Positions 1-9,926 are shown, counted from the first letter of the stretch. The stretch: DNA of 64,000 nucleotides from an uncultured Candidatus Rokubacteria bacterium (GCA_963826115.1 CAWGVS010000006.1:736001-800000); one strand, 5' to 3'. Made by a program: numbers and translations. The notes: generated from the sequence alone by a model not told the origin.

Positions 1-336
1 ACCAACATGACGGAGACGATGGTGGACGCCGCTGTCCGGAGCTCGGGGCTCGACGGGCTCGTCGCGGATGTCCTCAGCACCGACCGCGTGCAAGCCTACA
101 AGCCGGACCCTCGCGCCTACCAGATGGGCGTCGACGCCTTCGGCCTGCCGCGCGACGCGATCGCGTTCGCCGCGTTCGGCGGCTGGGACGCCGCAGGCGC
201 CAGGTGGTTCGGCTACCGGACGTTCTGGGTGAATCGCGCCGGCGTCCCTCTCGAGCGGCTCGGCGTGGAGCCGGACGGCATCGGCCCGGACCTCTTCGCC
301 CTGGCCAGGTTCCTCGGGGCACCGCCGGCCGCCTGA
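1..336 (+). CDS. Haloacid dehalogenase type II (HAD family), 5'-truncated by window edge
   Basis: YKPDPRAY (HAD motif III), WDAAGA..FG..TFWVNR C-terminal motifs; frame open from position 1. Confidence 0.85.
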   Translation, partial: TNMTETMVDAAVRSSGLDGLVADVLSTDRVQAYKPDPRAYQMGVDAFGLPRDAIAFAAFGGWDAAGARWFGYRTFWVNRAGVPLERLGVEPDGIGPDLFALARFLGAPPAA

Positions 337-398
337 CGTTGTCTCGGCGAGGCGCTCCGCCGCGTCACCGGCTCCGCGATCTGGCGTAGACTGACACG

Positions 399-2030
399 GT
401 GCCGAGGGCCTGGGCCGCTCATCTCGCTTGCACGGTGATCGCCGCGGCGCTGCCGTGGATCCCGGTGACGGCGTCCGCGGCCCGCGAGACCGCGGACGAG
501 CCGGGGGAGACGAAGATCGTCACGGCTCCGGTCGTCCTGGACGGCGAGCTCTTGTTCCGGGTCCGTGGCGTCCCGGCGTTCCCCGCCGAGGAACGCGCGC
601 GCCTGATCGCGGAGCGCATCGCGGCCGTCGCCGCGGATCCCGCCGTGGACCCTGGCTCGCTGCGCGTTGTCGAGGCCGACGGCCGGAGCGAGTTCTTCGC
701 CGGCGAGCGCCGGATCGCCGGCGTCGTGGACGCGGACGCCGTCGTCGAGGACGTGAGTCGGCCGACGCTGGCGGCGGCGAACCTGCTCCGGATCCAGGCC
801 GCGATCGAAGCATACCGGCGCGACCGCCGCCCGGACATGCTGCGGTCGGCGGCCGCGCGGAGCGCGGCCGCGCTGGTCGCGCTCCTCATCGGAGTCAGCC
901 TCGTCGTCTTCCTCTGGCGCCGCGCCAAGCGGTGGCTCGATCGCCGCATCGAGCGCCGCCTCAAGTCGATCACGTTCCAGTCCCTCGAGCTCGTGCAGGC
1001 CGAGCGCATCCGCGGCACGCTTCGCGGGGCCCTGGCCGCCCTGGCCACGATCGCAATCCTCGAGCTCGGGATCGCGTGCCTGTCGTACGCGCTCGTACAG
1101 TTCCCCTGGACGCGGGCCGCCGGCCGCGGCCTGGTGCGAGCCTCCACGGCGCCACTGGTGGGGCTGGGCTCCGGATTCCTGGCTTGGCTCCCGGACCTGG
1201 TCTTCCTCGCGATCCTCTTCGTGGTGACCCGCTACGCGCTCGGGCTCCTCTTGCTCTTCTTCGGCGCCGTCGATCGGGGCACCGTCAAGCTCGGCAAGTT
1301 CGACCGCGAGTGGGCGTGGCCGACGTACCGGATCGTGCGCCTCCTGATCCTGGCCCTCGTGGCCGCGGTGGCGTACCCGTCCATTCCCGGCTCGAACACG
1401 GAGGCGTTTCGCGGCATCTCGATCTTCCTCGGGGTCGTCTTCTCGCTCGGCGCCTCGGGGGTGGTCGGCAACATGATCGCGGGCTATTCCATGATCTACC
1501 GCCGGACGTTCAAGATCGGCGACCGCGTGAAGATCGGCGACGTGGTCGGCGACGTGACCGAGATGCGCCTCCAGGTGACGCACCTCCGCACCCCCAAGAA
1601 CGAGGAGGTGATCGTCCCGAACTCGGAGATCCTGGGCGGCGACGTGGTGAACTACAGCGTCTACGCGCGCGAGGGGCAGCTCATCCTGCACGCCACGGTC
1701 GGCATCGGCTACGAGACCCCCTGGCGCCAGGTCGAGGCGATGCTGGTCCTGGCGGCGGAGCGCACGGAGGGGCTCCTCCGGGAGCCGCCCCCGTTCGTGC
1801 TCGAGAAGGGGCTGGGCGACTTCGCCGTGACCTACGAGATCAACGCCTACTGCGGGGACGCCAGTGCGATGGGGCGCGTGTACGCGGCGCTCTACCGGAA
1901 CATCCTCGACGTCTTCAACGAGTACGGCGTGCAGATCATGACCCCGGCGTACGAGGGCGATCCGGAGCGGCCCAAGGTCGTGGCGAAGGAGCAGTGGTTC
2001 GAGGCGCCGGCCCTCAAGAACGAGAAATGA
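399..2030 (+). CDS. MscS-family mechanosensitive channel with N-terminal periplasmic domain
   Basis: Signal peptide, TM helices, FKIGDRVKIGDVVGDV, IVPNS, VGIGYETPW, FNEYGVQI motifs. Confidence 0.92.
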   Translation: MPRAWAAHLACTVIAAALPWIPVTASAARETADEPGETKIVTAPVVLDGELLFRVRGVPAFPAEERARLIAERIAAVAADPAVDPGSLRVVEADGRSEFFAGERRIAGVVDADAVVEDVSRPTLAAANLLRIQAAIEAYRRDRRPDMLRSAAARSAAALVALLIGVSLVVFLWRRAKRWLDRRIERRLKSITFQSLELVQAERIRGTLRGALAALATIAILELGIACLSYALVQFPWTRAAGRGLVRASTAPLVGLGSGFLAWLPDLVFLAILFVVTRYALGLLLLFFGAVDRGTVKLGKFDREWAWPTYRIVRLLILALVAAVAYPSIPGSNTEAFRGISIFLGVVFSLGASGVVGNMIAGYSMIYRRTFKIGDRVKIGDVVGDVTEMRLQVTHLRTPKNEEVIVPNSEILGGDVVNYSVYAREGQLILHATVGIGYETPWRQVEAMLVLAAERTEGLLREPPPFVLEKGLGDFAVTYEINAYCGDASAMGRVYAALYRNILDVFNEYGVQIMTPAYEGDPERPKVVAKEQWFEAPALKNEK

Positions 2031-2140
2031 GGGGGCCGATCCGGCGCGGGGGCGCCGAGGCGCGTCCGCCCATCAGCCCTCGAGGTGACGTGACTGCCGG
2101 CGCGGCGCAGACGGCGCGCCGGGGGTGTCGGAGGCGAAGG

Positions 2141-2875
2141 ATGGTCTCGAGCTCACGCATCGTGGTGGTCGCCGGCGCGCTCGCGCTGGCCATGCTGGCC
2201 TTCGCCGCCGACCCGGTCGAGGATCTTGGAGCGAGCGTCTCGCGGGTCGGGCAGGTCGAGACTGCCGTGCGCAAGGGCATCGCGGGGCTCGGGGCGGTGC
2301 CAGCCGCGTTGGACCGGAGCGCGGACCGGTTCACGCGCTTCGTCCGGGATCTCCAGGGGAAAGGCGGCGCGGTCGACCCGAACGCGCTCGTGCAGGAGGT
2401 CCTGAGGGAATCGTACCTTCAGACCACCGAGGATCTCCGCTCCTACGCGGACAAGGTCAAGTACTACAACGAGCAGAAGAAGGCGCTCCGCGACTCCCTC
2501 GGGCCGATTCGCGACGCCGAGGCGCGCCTGAGGGCCACGGGCCGCACCGTGACGGACCTCAGGGTGGCCGGGCTCGAGCAGGCGGTGAAGGGGCTGGACG
2601 CGTACGATCAGGGCGTCGAGCGGATCCGCGAGAGCCTCGGGCGCCGGGCGGCGCGTCTCCAGGCGCTGAACCCGCGCGACCCGAACGTCGCGAAGGCCCT
2701 GACCGCGGCCCTCCAGGAGTCCGTCAAGGACATCAACGAGGACAAGAAGTACTGGCTCAAGCACATCGAGGACATGAACAAGGCGGCGGGCGCGGTCGGC
2801 GACCAGCAGAAGAAGCTCGCCGACGCATCGAAGAAGCTCGCGGACGAGGAGAAGAGGAAGGTCAGGTCCCGCTGA
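2141..2875 (+). CDS. Exported helical/coiled-coil hypothetical protein with an internal repeat
   Basis: GGAGG RBS at ~2130, signal peptide (MVSSSRIVVVAGALALAMLAFA), Lys/Glu-rich helices; 3' part of ORF 428..2875. Confidence 0.8.
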   Translation: MVSSSRIVVVAGALALAMLAFAADPVEDLGASVSRVGQVETAVRKGIAGLGAVPAALDRSADRFTRFVRDLQGKGGAVDPNALVQEVLRESYLQTTEDLRSYADKVKYYNEQKKALRDSLGPIRDAEARLRATGRTVTDLRVAGLEQAVKGLDAYDQGVERIRESLGRRAARLQALNPRDPNVAKALTAALQESVKDINEDKKYWLKHIEDMNKAAGAVGDQQKKLADASKKLADEEKRKVRSR

Positions 2876-2978
2876 CGGAGCGCTCGCGCCAGGGTCGAGG
2901 GAGGACGAGTCGCGCGACGTGTGAGACCTCGGCGGCCGTTCGGGACCGGATGCGATGCGGGCCGGACCGCCCGCCACG

Positions 2979-3473
2979 ATGGCTGACCTCGACCGCTTCC
3001 GGGCTGCCCAGGCGGATCCGGGGACCGGCTTCGACACCGCGCTCGCGGAGCTGCGCGCCGGGCGGAAGACGAGCCACTGGATCTGGCACGTGTTCCCACA
3101 GCTCGCGGGGCTCGGGCGATCGCCGCGGGCCCGGCACTTCGGCCTGGCGGACGTCGGCGAGGCGACCGCCTACCTGCGCGATCCCGTCCTGGGCGCGCGA
3201 CTCGCGGAGGCCGTGGCGGCCGCGCACTCGCACGTCACCGGACCTCGCCCGATCCCGATCGAGACGCTGATGGGCTCGCCGATCGACGCGGTCAAGCTGG
3301 TCTCCTGCCTGACGCTGTTCCGGCACGTGGCTCGCTCGCCCGCCGCCGGCGCGCCGCGGCCGGCCTGGACGGCGCTGGCCGAGCAGTCGGACGCGATCCT
3401 CGACGCCGCCCGCGTCCAGGGGCTCCCGCCGTGCGCGTTCACCGAGGAGGCGTGCCGCGCCGGATCGCCCTGA
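2979..3473 (+). CDS. DUF1810 family protein
   Basis: DLDRF..AQ, ALAELRAGRKTSHWIWHVFPQLAGLGRS, KLVSCLTLF motifs. Confidence 0.9.
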   Translation: MADLDRFRAAQADPGTGFDTALAELRAGRKTSHWIWHVFPQLAGLGRSPRARHFGLADVGEATAYLRDPVLGARLAEAVAAAHSHVTGPRPIPIETLMGSPIDAVKLVSCLTLFRHVARSPAAGAPRPAWTALAEQSDAILDAARVQGLPPCAFTEEACRAGSP

Positions 3474-3606
3474 CCCCGGCGCGGGCGCCACGCTCGCGCC
3501 CGTCCGATCGGGTGGCCCGGCGTCAGCGCCGGCGGTCGAGCGAATGGGGCCGGTCGCCGGGGTCGCTCGAATTCCGGCGCGGGGCTGGTCTGGTGCCGGC
3601 CGGCGG

Positions 3607-4131
3607 TCAGCGCTCCGGCCGGTAGGGCGCCTCGCGCATGTCGCCGACGAAGTCGGGCAGCTCCCGGTGGCCCAGCATCTGCCGGACCGCGGCGGTCTCG
3701 CCGGTGTGGAACCAGTAGTGGTAGAGGTTGCGCAGCAGGAGCGTGCCCACGGTCTCGGCCACCGGCGCGCCGTCGCGCGCGAGATGCGTCTCGAGGAGCG
3801 CCGGCGTCAGGGTGTCGAGGTACGCGTCGGCGGCGGCCGTGATCGTGCGCCACGCCGCCCACATCTCTCCGAGCGGCGGCGTGCTGGCCGGCTTGCCGTA
3901 GCCGACGCGGTCGTGGAGCCCGGGCGCCACGTCGATCCCCTGGGCCCACACGACCCAGTAGCGGTGCTCCTGGTTGGCGAGGTGGCCGACCATCCAGCCG
4001 ATCGAGTTCATCGGCATGACGCGCCGGAGCCCGTCGGCCTCCGAGACGCCCTCCAGACCCCGCGCGAACTCGCGGCGCGCGAAGCGCAGCTGGGTGACGA
4101 GGGGATGCGGCGAGACCGGGCCGCCCGTCAT
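3607..4131 (-). CDS. DinB family protein
   Basis: NSIGWMVGHLANQE and HYWFHTGE metal-ligand motifs; ATGA overlap with the upstream gene. Confidence 0.88.
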   Translation of the reverse strand: MTGGPVSPHPLVTQLRFARREFARGLEGVSEADGLRRVMPMNSIGWMVGHLANQEHRYWVVWAQGIDVAPGLHDRVGYGKPASTPPLGEMWAAWRTITAAADAYLDTLTPALLETHLARDGAPVAETVGTLLLRNLYHYWFHTGETAAVRQMLGHRELPDFVGDMREAPYRPER

Positions 4132-5597
4132 CGCGGCACGCCGGGGGCGATGCCGGCGGCCCCGATCTCGATGAGCCGGCCGCCCTCGCTGACCGGGCGG
4201 AACAGGCGGAGCAGCTCCTCCGTGCCCGTGCCCGGCGGATAGAAGTACTCGGCGCGCTCCGCCGAGAGCGCGGTGGACGCGATCAGCCGGTCCTCGCGGG
4301 GCACGCCCATCAATCGCTCGACGGCGAGCCACGCCACGCCGGGGCCGAGCTTGAACCCGGTGCCGCACCCGCTCCCCGCGTAGAAGACCGAGCCGTCCGT
4401 TCCCGGCACCTCGCCCTCGAACGGCAGCTCCTCCGGATTCATGTAGTAGGCGCCCCCGGGGATGTCCGCCGGCGTCCGCCCGAGGTTGAGGCCGTTCGAC
4501 GTCAGGACCGGGAAGCGCGGCATGAGCGCGACCACGCTGTCGAGCATCACCTGGTCGAGCCCCACGCGCATCCCGTCGAGGACGCCGCCCGTCGGCTGGT
4601 AGTCGTCCGGCTGGAGGGCGTGGTGGTGGTTGCCGCAGACGAGGCCGTGGCCCTCGGGGCGGAAGTAGATGTTGCGCCAGTGGGAGATGACCGGCGCGTC
4701 GATCACCTCGAGCTCCCGCCACCCGACCGCCGGCTCGCCGATCCGGACGCGCGCCTGCGCGAAGTCGAGGTCCGGCGAGTTCCGGATGTAGGGGAGCTGG
4801 TGGAAGCTCGTGAACGTCGGCATCTCCCAGCCCGCGACCTGCCGCACGAGGGCGCCGTTCCCGCGGCCCGCCGCCAGCACCACGCGGGGGGCGAACGCCG
4901 TCGACCGCTCCGTCACGCGGCGCTCCGGGCCGTCCTGGGTCCAGCGCTCGAACACCACGCCGGTCACGCGGTCGCCGCTCCGCACGAAGTCGACGACGCG
5001 CGAGTAGAGGCTGACGGCGACGCCGGCCTGGAGGCCCGCGTCGAGGAAGCCCGTGAGCGCGGTGCCGCCGTCCGCGAAGCCGCCGTCGTCGTCGACCAGG
5101 ACGTGCGTGAAGTCGTCCGGGTCGAGGATCTTCTCGAGGTTCGCCCGGCGGGGGGCGGTCAGGCTGCCGAGGTACCGGTCGCGCGTCTCGACGCGGAGCC
5201 CCTGGCCCGCGCCGCGGGCGATGCGCTCGATCTGGTCGAGGATGCCCGGGCGCTCGCCCTCGTCGACGAACCGCCCCCAGCCCGTCCGGACGAAGCCGAG
5301 ATGCACGGGGCGGCGGAGCTCGAGGGCCTCGGTGGGCCGCGTGTAGATGCGGCGGCCGAAGGCGGCGACCTTCAGGACCTCGAGGTTCGAGTACGAGATG
5401 CGGATGATCCCGCCGGTGTTCACGGTGATGCACTCGCCCGGGATCGCGTTGTCCTCGAGGACGAGGACGCGCGCGCCACGCCGCGCGAGGAAGAACGCCA
5501 CCGGGAGGCCATAGATCCCGGCGCCCACGACGATCACGTCCCACGGACCGGACGGGACCTTCGCGTCGCGCCCCTGGAACACCTGGCCCTCGGTCAT
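4128..5597 (-). CDS. FAD-dependent oxidoreductase (DAO/sarcosine oxidase-like)
   Basis: DVIVVGAGIYG Rossmann motif, VVLAAG, GSGCGTGFKLGPGVA C-terminal motif. Confidence 0.88.
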   Translation of the reverse strand: MTEGQVFQGRDAKVPSGPWDVIVVGAGIYGLPVAFFLARRGARVLVLEDNAIPGECITVNTGGIIRISYSNLEVLKVAAFGRRIYTRPTEALELRRPVHLGFVRTGWGRFVDEGERPGILDQIERIARGAGQGLRVETRDRYLGSLTAPRRANLEKILDPDDFTHVLVDDDGGFADGGTALTGFLDAGLQAGVAVSLYSRVVDFVRSGDRVTGVVFERWTQDGPERRVTERSTAFAPRVVLAAGRGNGALVRQVAGWEMPTFTSFHQLPYIRNSPDLDFAQARVRIGEPAVGWRELEVIDAPVISHWRNIYFRPEGHGLVCGNHHHALQPDDYQPTGGVLDGMRVGLDQVMLDSVVALMPRFPVLTSNGLNLGRTPADIPGGAYYMNPEELPFEGEVPGTDGSVFYAGSGCGTGFKLGPGVAWLAVERLMGVPREDRLIASTALSAERAEYFYPPGTGTEELLRLFRPVSEGGRLIEIGAAGIAPGVPR

Positions 5598-5687
5598 GGG
5601 AGCCTCGCCGGCATCGGTGTGCGCACCGCCCGCACATCTTGACACCGGTTCCGGCGAGACGGGTAGCCCCCGCCTCGGGTGTGGACG

Positions 5688-7120
5688 CTAGGCGGCCGGC
5701 AGATGCACGGTGAACACGCTTCCCGCCTTCGGCGCGCTGTCGAGCGTGATGGCGCCCCCGTGCGCGAGCGCGATCGAGCGGGCGATGGCGAGCCCGAGGC
5801 CGGCGCCACCGGTCTCCCGCGAACGCGCGTCGTCGAGGCGGACGAACGGCTCGAAGATCCGCGCGTGGTCGGCGGGGTCGATCCCGATCCCGGTGTCGCG
5901 GACGGTCACCTGGATCTGCTGGCCGGCCTCCCCGGTCCGGGACAGGCCGAGCTCGATCACCCCGCCCGCGGGCGTGTACTTCACCGCGTTCTGCACCAGG
6001 ATCAGGAGCAGGCGGCGGAGCGCGGGCGCGTCGCCCATGACGGCGGCCGGCTCGGCGGCGCCCATGCGCACCGAGACTCCGGTGCCGTCCGCCAGCCGGA
6101 GGCCGACGTCGAACACGTCGAGCACCAGCGGCTCCAGCTCGACCCGCCGGCGCGCCAGCCCGGCGCCGGCCGTGGCCCGCGACAGGAGCAGCAGGTCCTC
6201 GGCCAGCCGGATGAGCCGATCGACCTCCTCGAGGCTCGCCTGGAGGGTGCGCGTGTGCTCCTCGGCCGTGCGCGGATGGCGGAGCGCGACCTCGAGCCCG
6301 CTCTTCAGCGCCGTGAGCGGGGTGCGGAGCTCGTGCGCGGCGTCCGCCGTGAAGCGCCGGAGCTCGGCGAAGGCGGCCTCGAGGCGCGCCAGCGTCACGT
6401 TCAGCGTGTCGGCCAGGTAGTCGAGCTCGTCCTCGGCGCCGCGGCGGGGGACCCGGCGCGCGAGGTCGGCGGCCGTGATCTCGCGCGCCTGCTGCGCCAT
6501 CGCGCGCACGGGCGCGAGCGCCCGCCGCGCGATCCACGCGCCCCCGACCGCGCCCAGGCCGAGGCCCACGGGGAACATCGCCAGCAGGATCTGGAGGTAC
6601 CGGTCGAGCGCCGTGTCGACGCCCGCGAGCGTCATCCCCGCCTGGACGAGCCCCGCGGGCCGGCCTTCGCGCCGGATGGGCAGGGTCACGACGCGCACGT
6701 GCTCGCCCTGCGGCAGCATGAGCGTCTCGAACGTCTCGCGTCCCCGCGCGGCGTTCCGGCGCGCCTGGGCCGAGAGCGGCAGGGGGCCGCTCAGGCGCGG
6801 CGAGCGCCGGCCCGGCTGACCCTCGGGGTCGAACAGCTGGAAGAACGTGTCGAGGAGTCGCGAGCCCAGGACCTCGCGGAGCTCCTCCGGCGCCGGGTTG
6901 ATCAGGAATCCCGTGCGCGCCTGGCCGGTCGCGCGCATCACCTCGGCGACGGCCAGGATCGAGGAGTCGACGTCGCGGACGAGGCTCCAGGCCAGGACGC
7001 GGTAGGAGAGAACGCCCATGCCGGCCAGGATGGCCAGCAGGAGGGCGCTGTACCAGAGCGTCAGGCGCGTCCGGACCGAGAGCGGCCGGAGCCAGCGGCG
7101 GCGGGCGGGCGGGGGCTCAG
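5688..7120 (-). CDS. HAMP-domain sensor histidine kinase (CusS/CzcS-like); start uncertain
   Basis: SVRTRLTLWYS TM1 in frame upstream of track ORF; FTADAAHELRTPL H-box, NAVKYT, DTGIGI, GGAGLGLAI. Confidence 0.92.
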
Positions 7121-7794
7121 GCCCCGTCGCGGAGAACGTAGCCCGCTCCTCGGATGGTGTGGATCAGCCGCCGCTCTCCGGGGCCGTCGACCTTCCGGCG
7201 GAGGTAGCCGACGTAGACGTCGACCACGTTCGACTCGGGATCGAAGTTGAGCCCCCACACGTGCTCGGTCAGCATCGAGCGCGTCTGGACGCGCCCGACG
7301 TTGCGCATGAGGAACTCGAGGAGCGCGTACTCGCGGACCGTGAGCTCGACCTTCCGCGGGCCCCGCGTCACCTCGCGCGTGGCCGGATCGAGCGTCAGGT
7401 CGGTCACCCGGAGCAGCGACGAGCGCTGCCCGTGGCCGCGACGGAGGAGCGCCCGGATCCGCGCGAGGAGCTCGTCGAAGGAAAACGGCTTGGTGAGGTA
7501 GTCGTCGGCGCCGAGATCGAGCCCGGCGACCCGGTCGGGGACGGTGTCGCGCGCGGTCAGGAACAGGACCGGCGTCTCGATCCGGCGCTCGCGGAGCTGC
7601 TTCAGCACCGAGAAGCCGTCGTGCCGGGGGAGCATCACGTCCAGGACGATCAGATCGAACGGAGGGCCGCCGAGCAGGAGGTCGAGGGCGGCGGCTCCGT
7701 CGAGGGCGACCTCGACGGCGTAGCCCTCCTCCTCGAGGCCCTGGCGGATGAAGCTCGCGACCTTGCGGTCGTCCTCGGCCACGAGCAGGCGCAT
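7117..7794 (-). CDS. OmpR/PhoB-family response regulator
   Basis: LLVAEDD, LDVMLP, GADDYLTKPF, SNVVDVYVGYLRRK, TIRGAGY. Confidence 0.96.
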   Translation of the reverse strand: MRLLVAEDDRKVASFIRQGLEEEGYAVEVALDGAAALDLLLGGPPFDLIVLDVMLPRHDGFSVLKQLRERRIETPVLFLTARDTVPDRVAGLDLGADDYLTKPFSFDELLARIRALLRRGHGQRSSLLRVTDLTLDPATREVTRGPRKVELTVREYALLEFLMRNVGRVQTRSMLTEHVWGLNFDPESNVVDVYVGYLRRKVDGPGERRLIHTIRGAGYVLRDGA

Positions 7795-7889
7795 CGCGGC
7801 CTCCAGCGTAGCACCGCGAGTCGGCGCCGGTCTCGACCGGCACGGGCTCGGCGGGGTCGGGCTCATGTGAGAGGCCCGGGGGAAGTGTC

Positions 7890-7919
7890 GCGGGGCCGCC
7901 CCGAGCGGAGCGGCCCCGC
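7890..7919. terminator. GC-rich hairpin between the small periplasmic gene and the response regulator
   Basis: GCGGGGCCGC...GCGGCCCCGC 10-bp inverted repeat; no U-tract, so possibly a stabiliser or attenuator. Confidence 0.45.
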
Positions 7920-7933
7920 AACGGATGGGTCCG

Positions 7934-8337
7934 CTACTTCTTGACGACCTTGGCGATCGTGGAGGCCACGGGCTTCCCGTCGACCTCGGCGTACGCCACG
8001 CGGACGTGATCCCCCGCCTTCAGCGTGCCGAGCTCGGCCACGGCCTTCTCGCCGGCGCCGAACGTCTTGTCCTCGGACTTTCCGTTCACGACGTGCTTCA
8101 GGGTGATGGTCTTCGCCGTGGCGTCGACCGACACGATCTCGCCCATCACGGTGTGGGTCTTCGGCGCGACCGTCTTCGGGGCGGTCGTCGCGGCGGGCTT
8201 GGCGGCCGGCGTCGTCGCGGCCGGCGCGACGGCGCCGGCGCCGGGGTGGTGGTGGCCCCGCCGGTCTGGGCCGGGGCGGCGCTCGACAGGGCGAGCACGG
8301 TCAGGGACGTGGCAAGAAGGGCAGCAGCGGTCTTCAT
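7934..8337 (-). CDS. Small periplasmic OB-fold-like protein (CusF/DUF1344-like) with Ala/Thr/Pro linker; one apparent frameshift ~8230
   Basis: GGAGGA RBS, signal peptide MKTAAALLATSL..., C-terminal GEIVSVDATAKTITLK...LKAGDHVRVAY. Confidence 0.75.
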
Positions 8338-8411
8338 GGGTTCTCCTCCCGTTGTGTCGAGGGCCCGGTCACCGCCCCTGCGATGCCCGTCGAGGACCCT
8401 CCCAACGTCCG

Positions 8412-8465
8412 AGGCTAGCCCCTGGCCATGAGAGGCCCATGAAACGAGGATGAGAAGTTTCTCAT
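8412..8465 (-). promoter_or_regulatory. Putative response-regulator binding array plus -10 element
   Basis: ATGA(G/A)A at 8428, 8439, 8450 (11-bp period), palindrome ATGAGAA-GT-TTCTCAT 8450-8465, TAGCCT on minus strand at 8412-8417. Confidence 0.6.
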
Positions 8466-8504
8466 CGAGCGGGCGGCGGCACCGCCGCCGGCGTCGCGGC
8501 GCGC

Positions 8505-9104
8505 TTACAGGCCGGCGAGCAACGCATCGAACGCGCGGCGGAGCACGGCCTCCGTGGCCTCGCCCTCGCTCACGCCCCGCACCGTGCCCCCGCGCTCCAC
8601 CCAGTAAACGGTCGGGTAGCGGACGACGCCCAGGGCCCGGGCCAGGGAGCTCTCGGCGTCGTCGAGGGCGACCGGGAAGTCCACACGGTGCAGCGCGACG
8701 AATTCCGACGGGGACGGGCCGCCGCGGCGGCCGATGGCCGTCGTGACGCTCACGAGGCGGACCGTCGGATAGTCGCGGGCGACCTGCTGGAGCGCGGGCA
8801 GGAGCCGCCCGCAGTGGGGACACCAGGACGCCCAGACGACGAGCACGGTCGGCGCCCCGTCGCGATCCTGCCAGCGCACGATGCCGCCGTCGAGGCCGGG
8901 CGCCCGGAAGTCGGGGACCTTCTCGCCGACGGCCAGGGTGTCGGTCCGGCGGGGGCCGCCCGGGCGGACCTCTTCGGGGGCGGCGGACCGCGGCGCGTCG
9001 ACGGTCGCGCAGCCGCCGAGGAGACCGGCGACCAGGAGAGTGCCGAGCAGGCCGGCCCGGAGCGCGCGTCGCGCGCGGTCCGCCGGCCGTCCGTGTCGCG
9101 TCAC
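8505..9104 (-). CDS. TlpA-family thiol:disulfide oxidoreductase lipoprotein
   Basis: Lipobox LGGC, WASWCPHC, YPTVY cis-Pro motif. Confidence 0.9.
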   Translation of the reverse strand: MTRHGRPADRARRALRAGLLGTLLVAGLLGGCATVDAPRSAAPEEVRPGGPRRTDTLAVGEKVPDFRAPGLDGGIVRWQDRDGAPTVLVVWASWCPHCGRLLPALQQVARDYPTVRLVSVTTAIGRRGGPSPSEFVALHRVDFPVALDDAESSLARALGVVRYPTVYWVERGGTVRGVSEGEATEAVLRRAFDALLAGL

Positions 9105-9170
9105 GTCTTCGATGGTACCGGGACTCCCGGCGCGGTGCGATCCGGAGCGGCGTACTTGGCCGTGGACGCG

Positions 9171-9926
9171 CTAGGCCGTCACGGGCACGTGCGCCCGGAG
9201 GAACCGCCGCGCGTGCTCGACGACCTCGTCGATGTGCTCCGGGGAGTCCTTCCAGGGATAGATGGTCACCTCGGCGCGCGGCGCGAGGCTCGCGACCTCC
9301 ATCGCGACCTTGTACGGGTGCGCGGGCACGTCGTCGGGCGCGATCAGGAGCGGGGTCCGGATCGAGCGCACGAAGTCGCGCGACACGGTGAACACGAAGT
9401 CGGCGCGGTTCGTGTACATGCTCGTCAGGAAGTCGTGGACCATCGCCATCGTGACGTCGGGACGGCGCTTGCACAGCTCGGGCCCCCAGCCGGTGATGTT
9501 GTTCCGGTAGAAGAGGTCGGGGAGCTCGGGCCGGAAGCCGCTCGGCTGCATCATCGCCGCCGCGACGACGCGGCCGGGCGCCCGGCGGATGAGGTTGTGG
9601 ATCATGGGCCCGCCGATGCAGAAGCCCATGACCAGGAACTCCCGGATGCCGAGGTGGTCCATCAGCCCGAGCTGGTCGTCGGCGTAGGCGTCCCACGGCC
9701 GGTCGATCTCGAGCGGCCCGCTGGACTTCCCGGGATTGGCGTTGCGCAGGTCGGCCGTGATGCAGCGGAAGTCGTCCCGGTACCGCGCCATCGGGTCGAA
9801 GGGCGACGCGGTCTGCCAGGACGCGAGCGCCGAGTTGAGCCCGCCGCCCGGGATCAGGAGGAGCGGGAAGCCGGCGCCGACCTCCTCGTAGTGGATGCGG
9901 ACGGGACCTCGCTCGTAGAACGGCAT
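9171..9926 (-). CDS. Alpha/beta hydrolase (Cys nucleophile elbow GFCIGG)
   Basis: IHYEEVGAGFPLLLIPGGG, DLRNANPG.S, MGFCIGG; AGGAG RBS. Confidence 0.9.
   Translation of the reverse strand: MPFYERGPVRIHYEEVGAGFPLLLIPGGGLNSALASWQTASPFDPMARYRDDFRCITADLRNANPGKSSGPLEIDRPWDAYADDQLGLMDHLGIREFLVMGFCIGGPMIHNLIRRAPGRVVAAAMMQPSGFRPELPDLFYRNNITGWGPELCKRRPDVTMAMVHDFLTSMYTNRADFVFTVSRDFVRSIRTPLLIAPDDVPAHPYKVAMEVASLAPRAEVTIYPWKDSPEHIDEVVEHARRFLRAHVPVTA

Noticed and set aside
3607-6537. 976-aa ORF suggesting a large fusion ending in DinB
   Set aside because: Only the last ~174 aa are protein-like; the rest is an off-frame reading of the kinase and oxidase genes
8160-8270. Short repeats (gtcgtcgcgg, ggcgcc) resembling an array
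   Set aside because: They encode the Ala/Thr/Pro linker of the periplasmic protein; no spacers or cas genes, so not CRISPR
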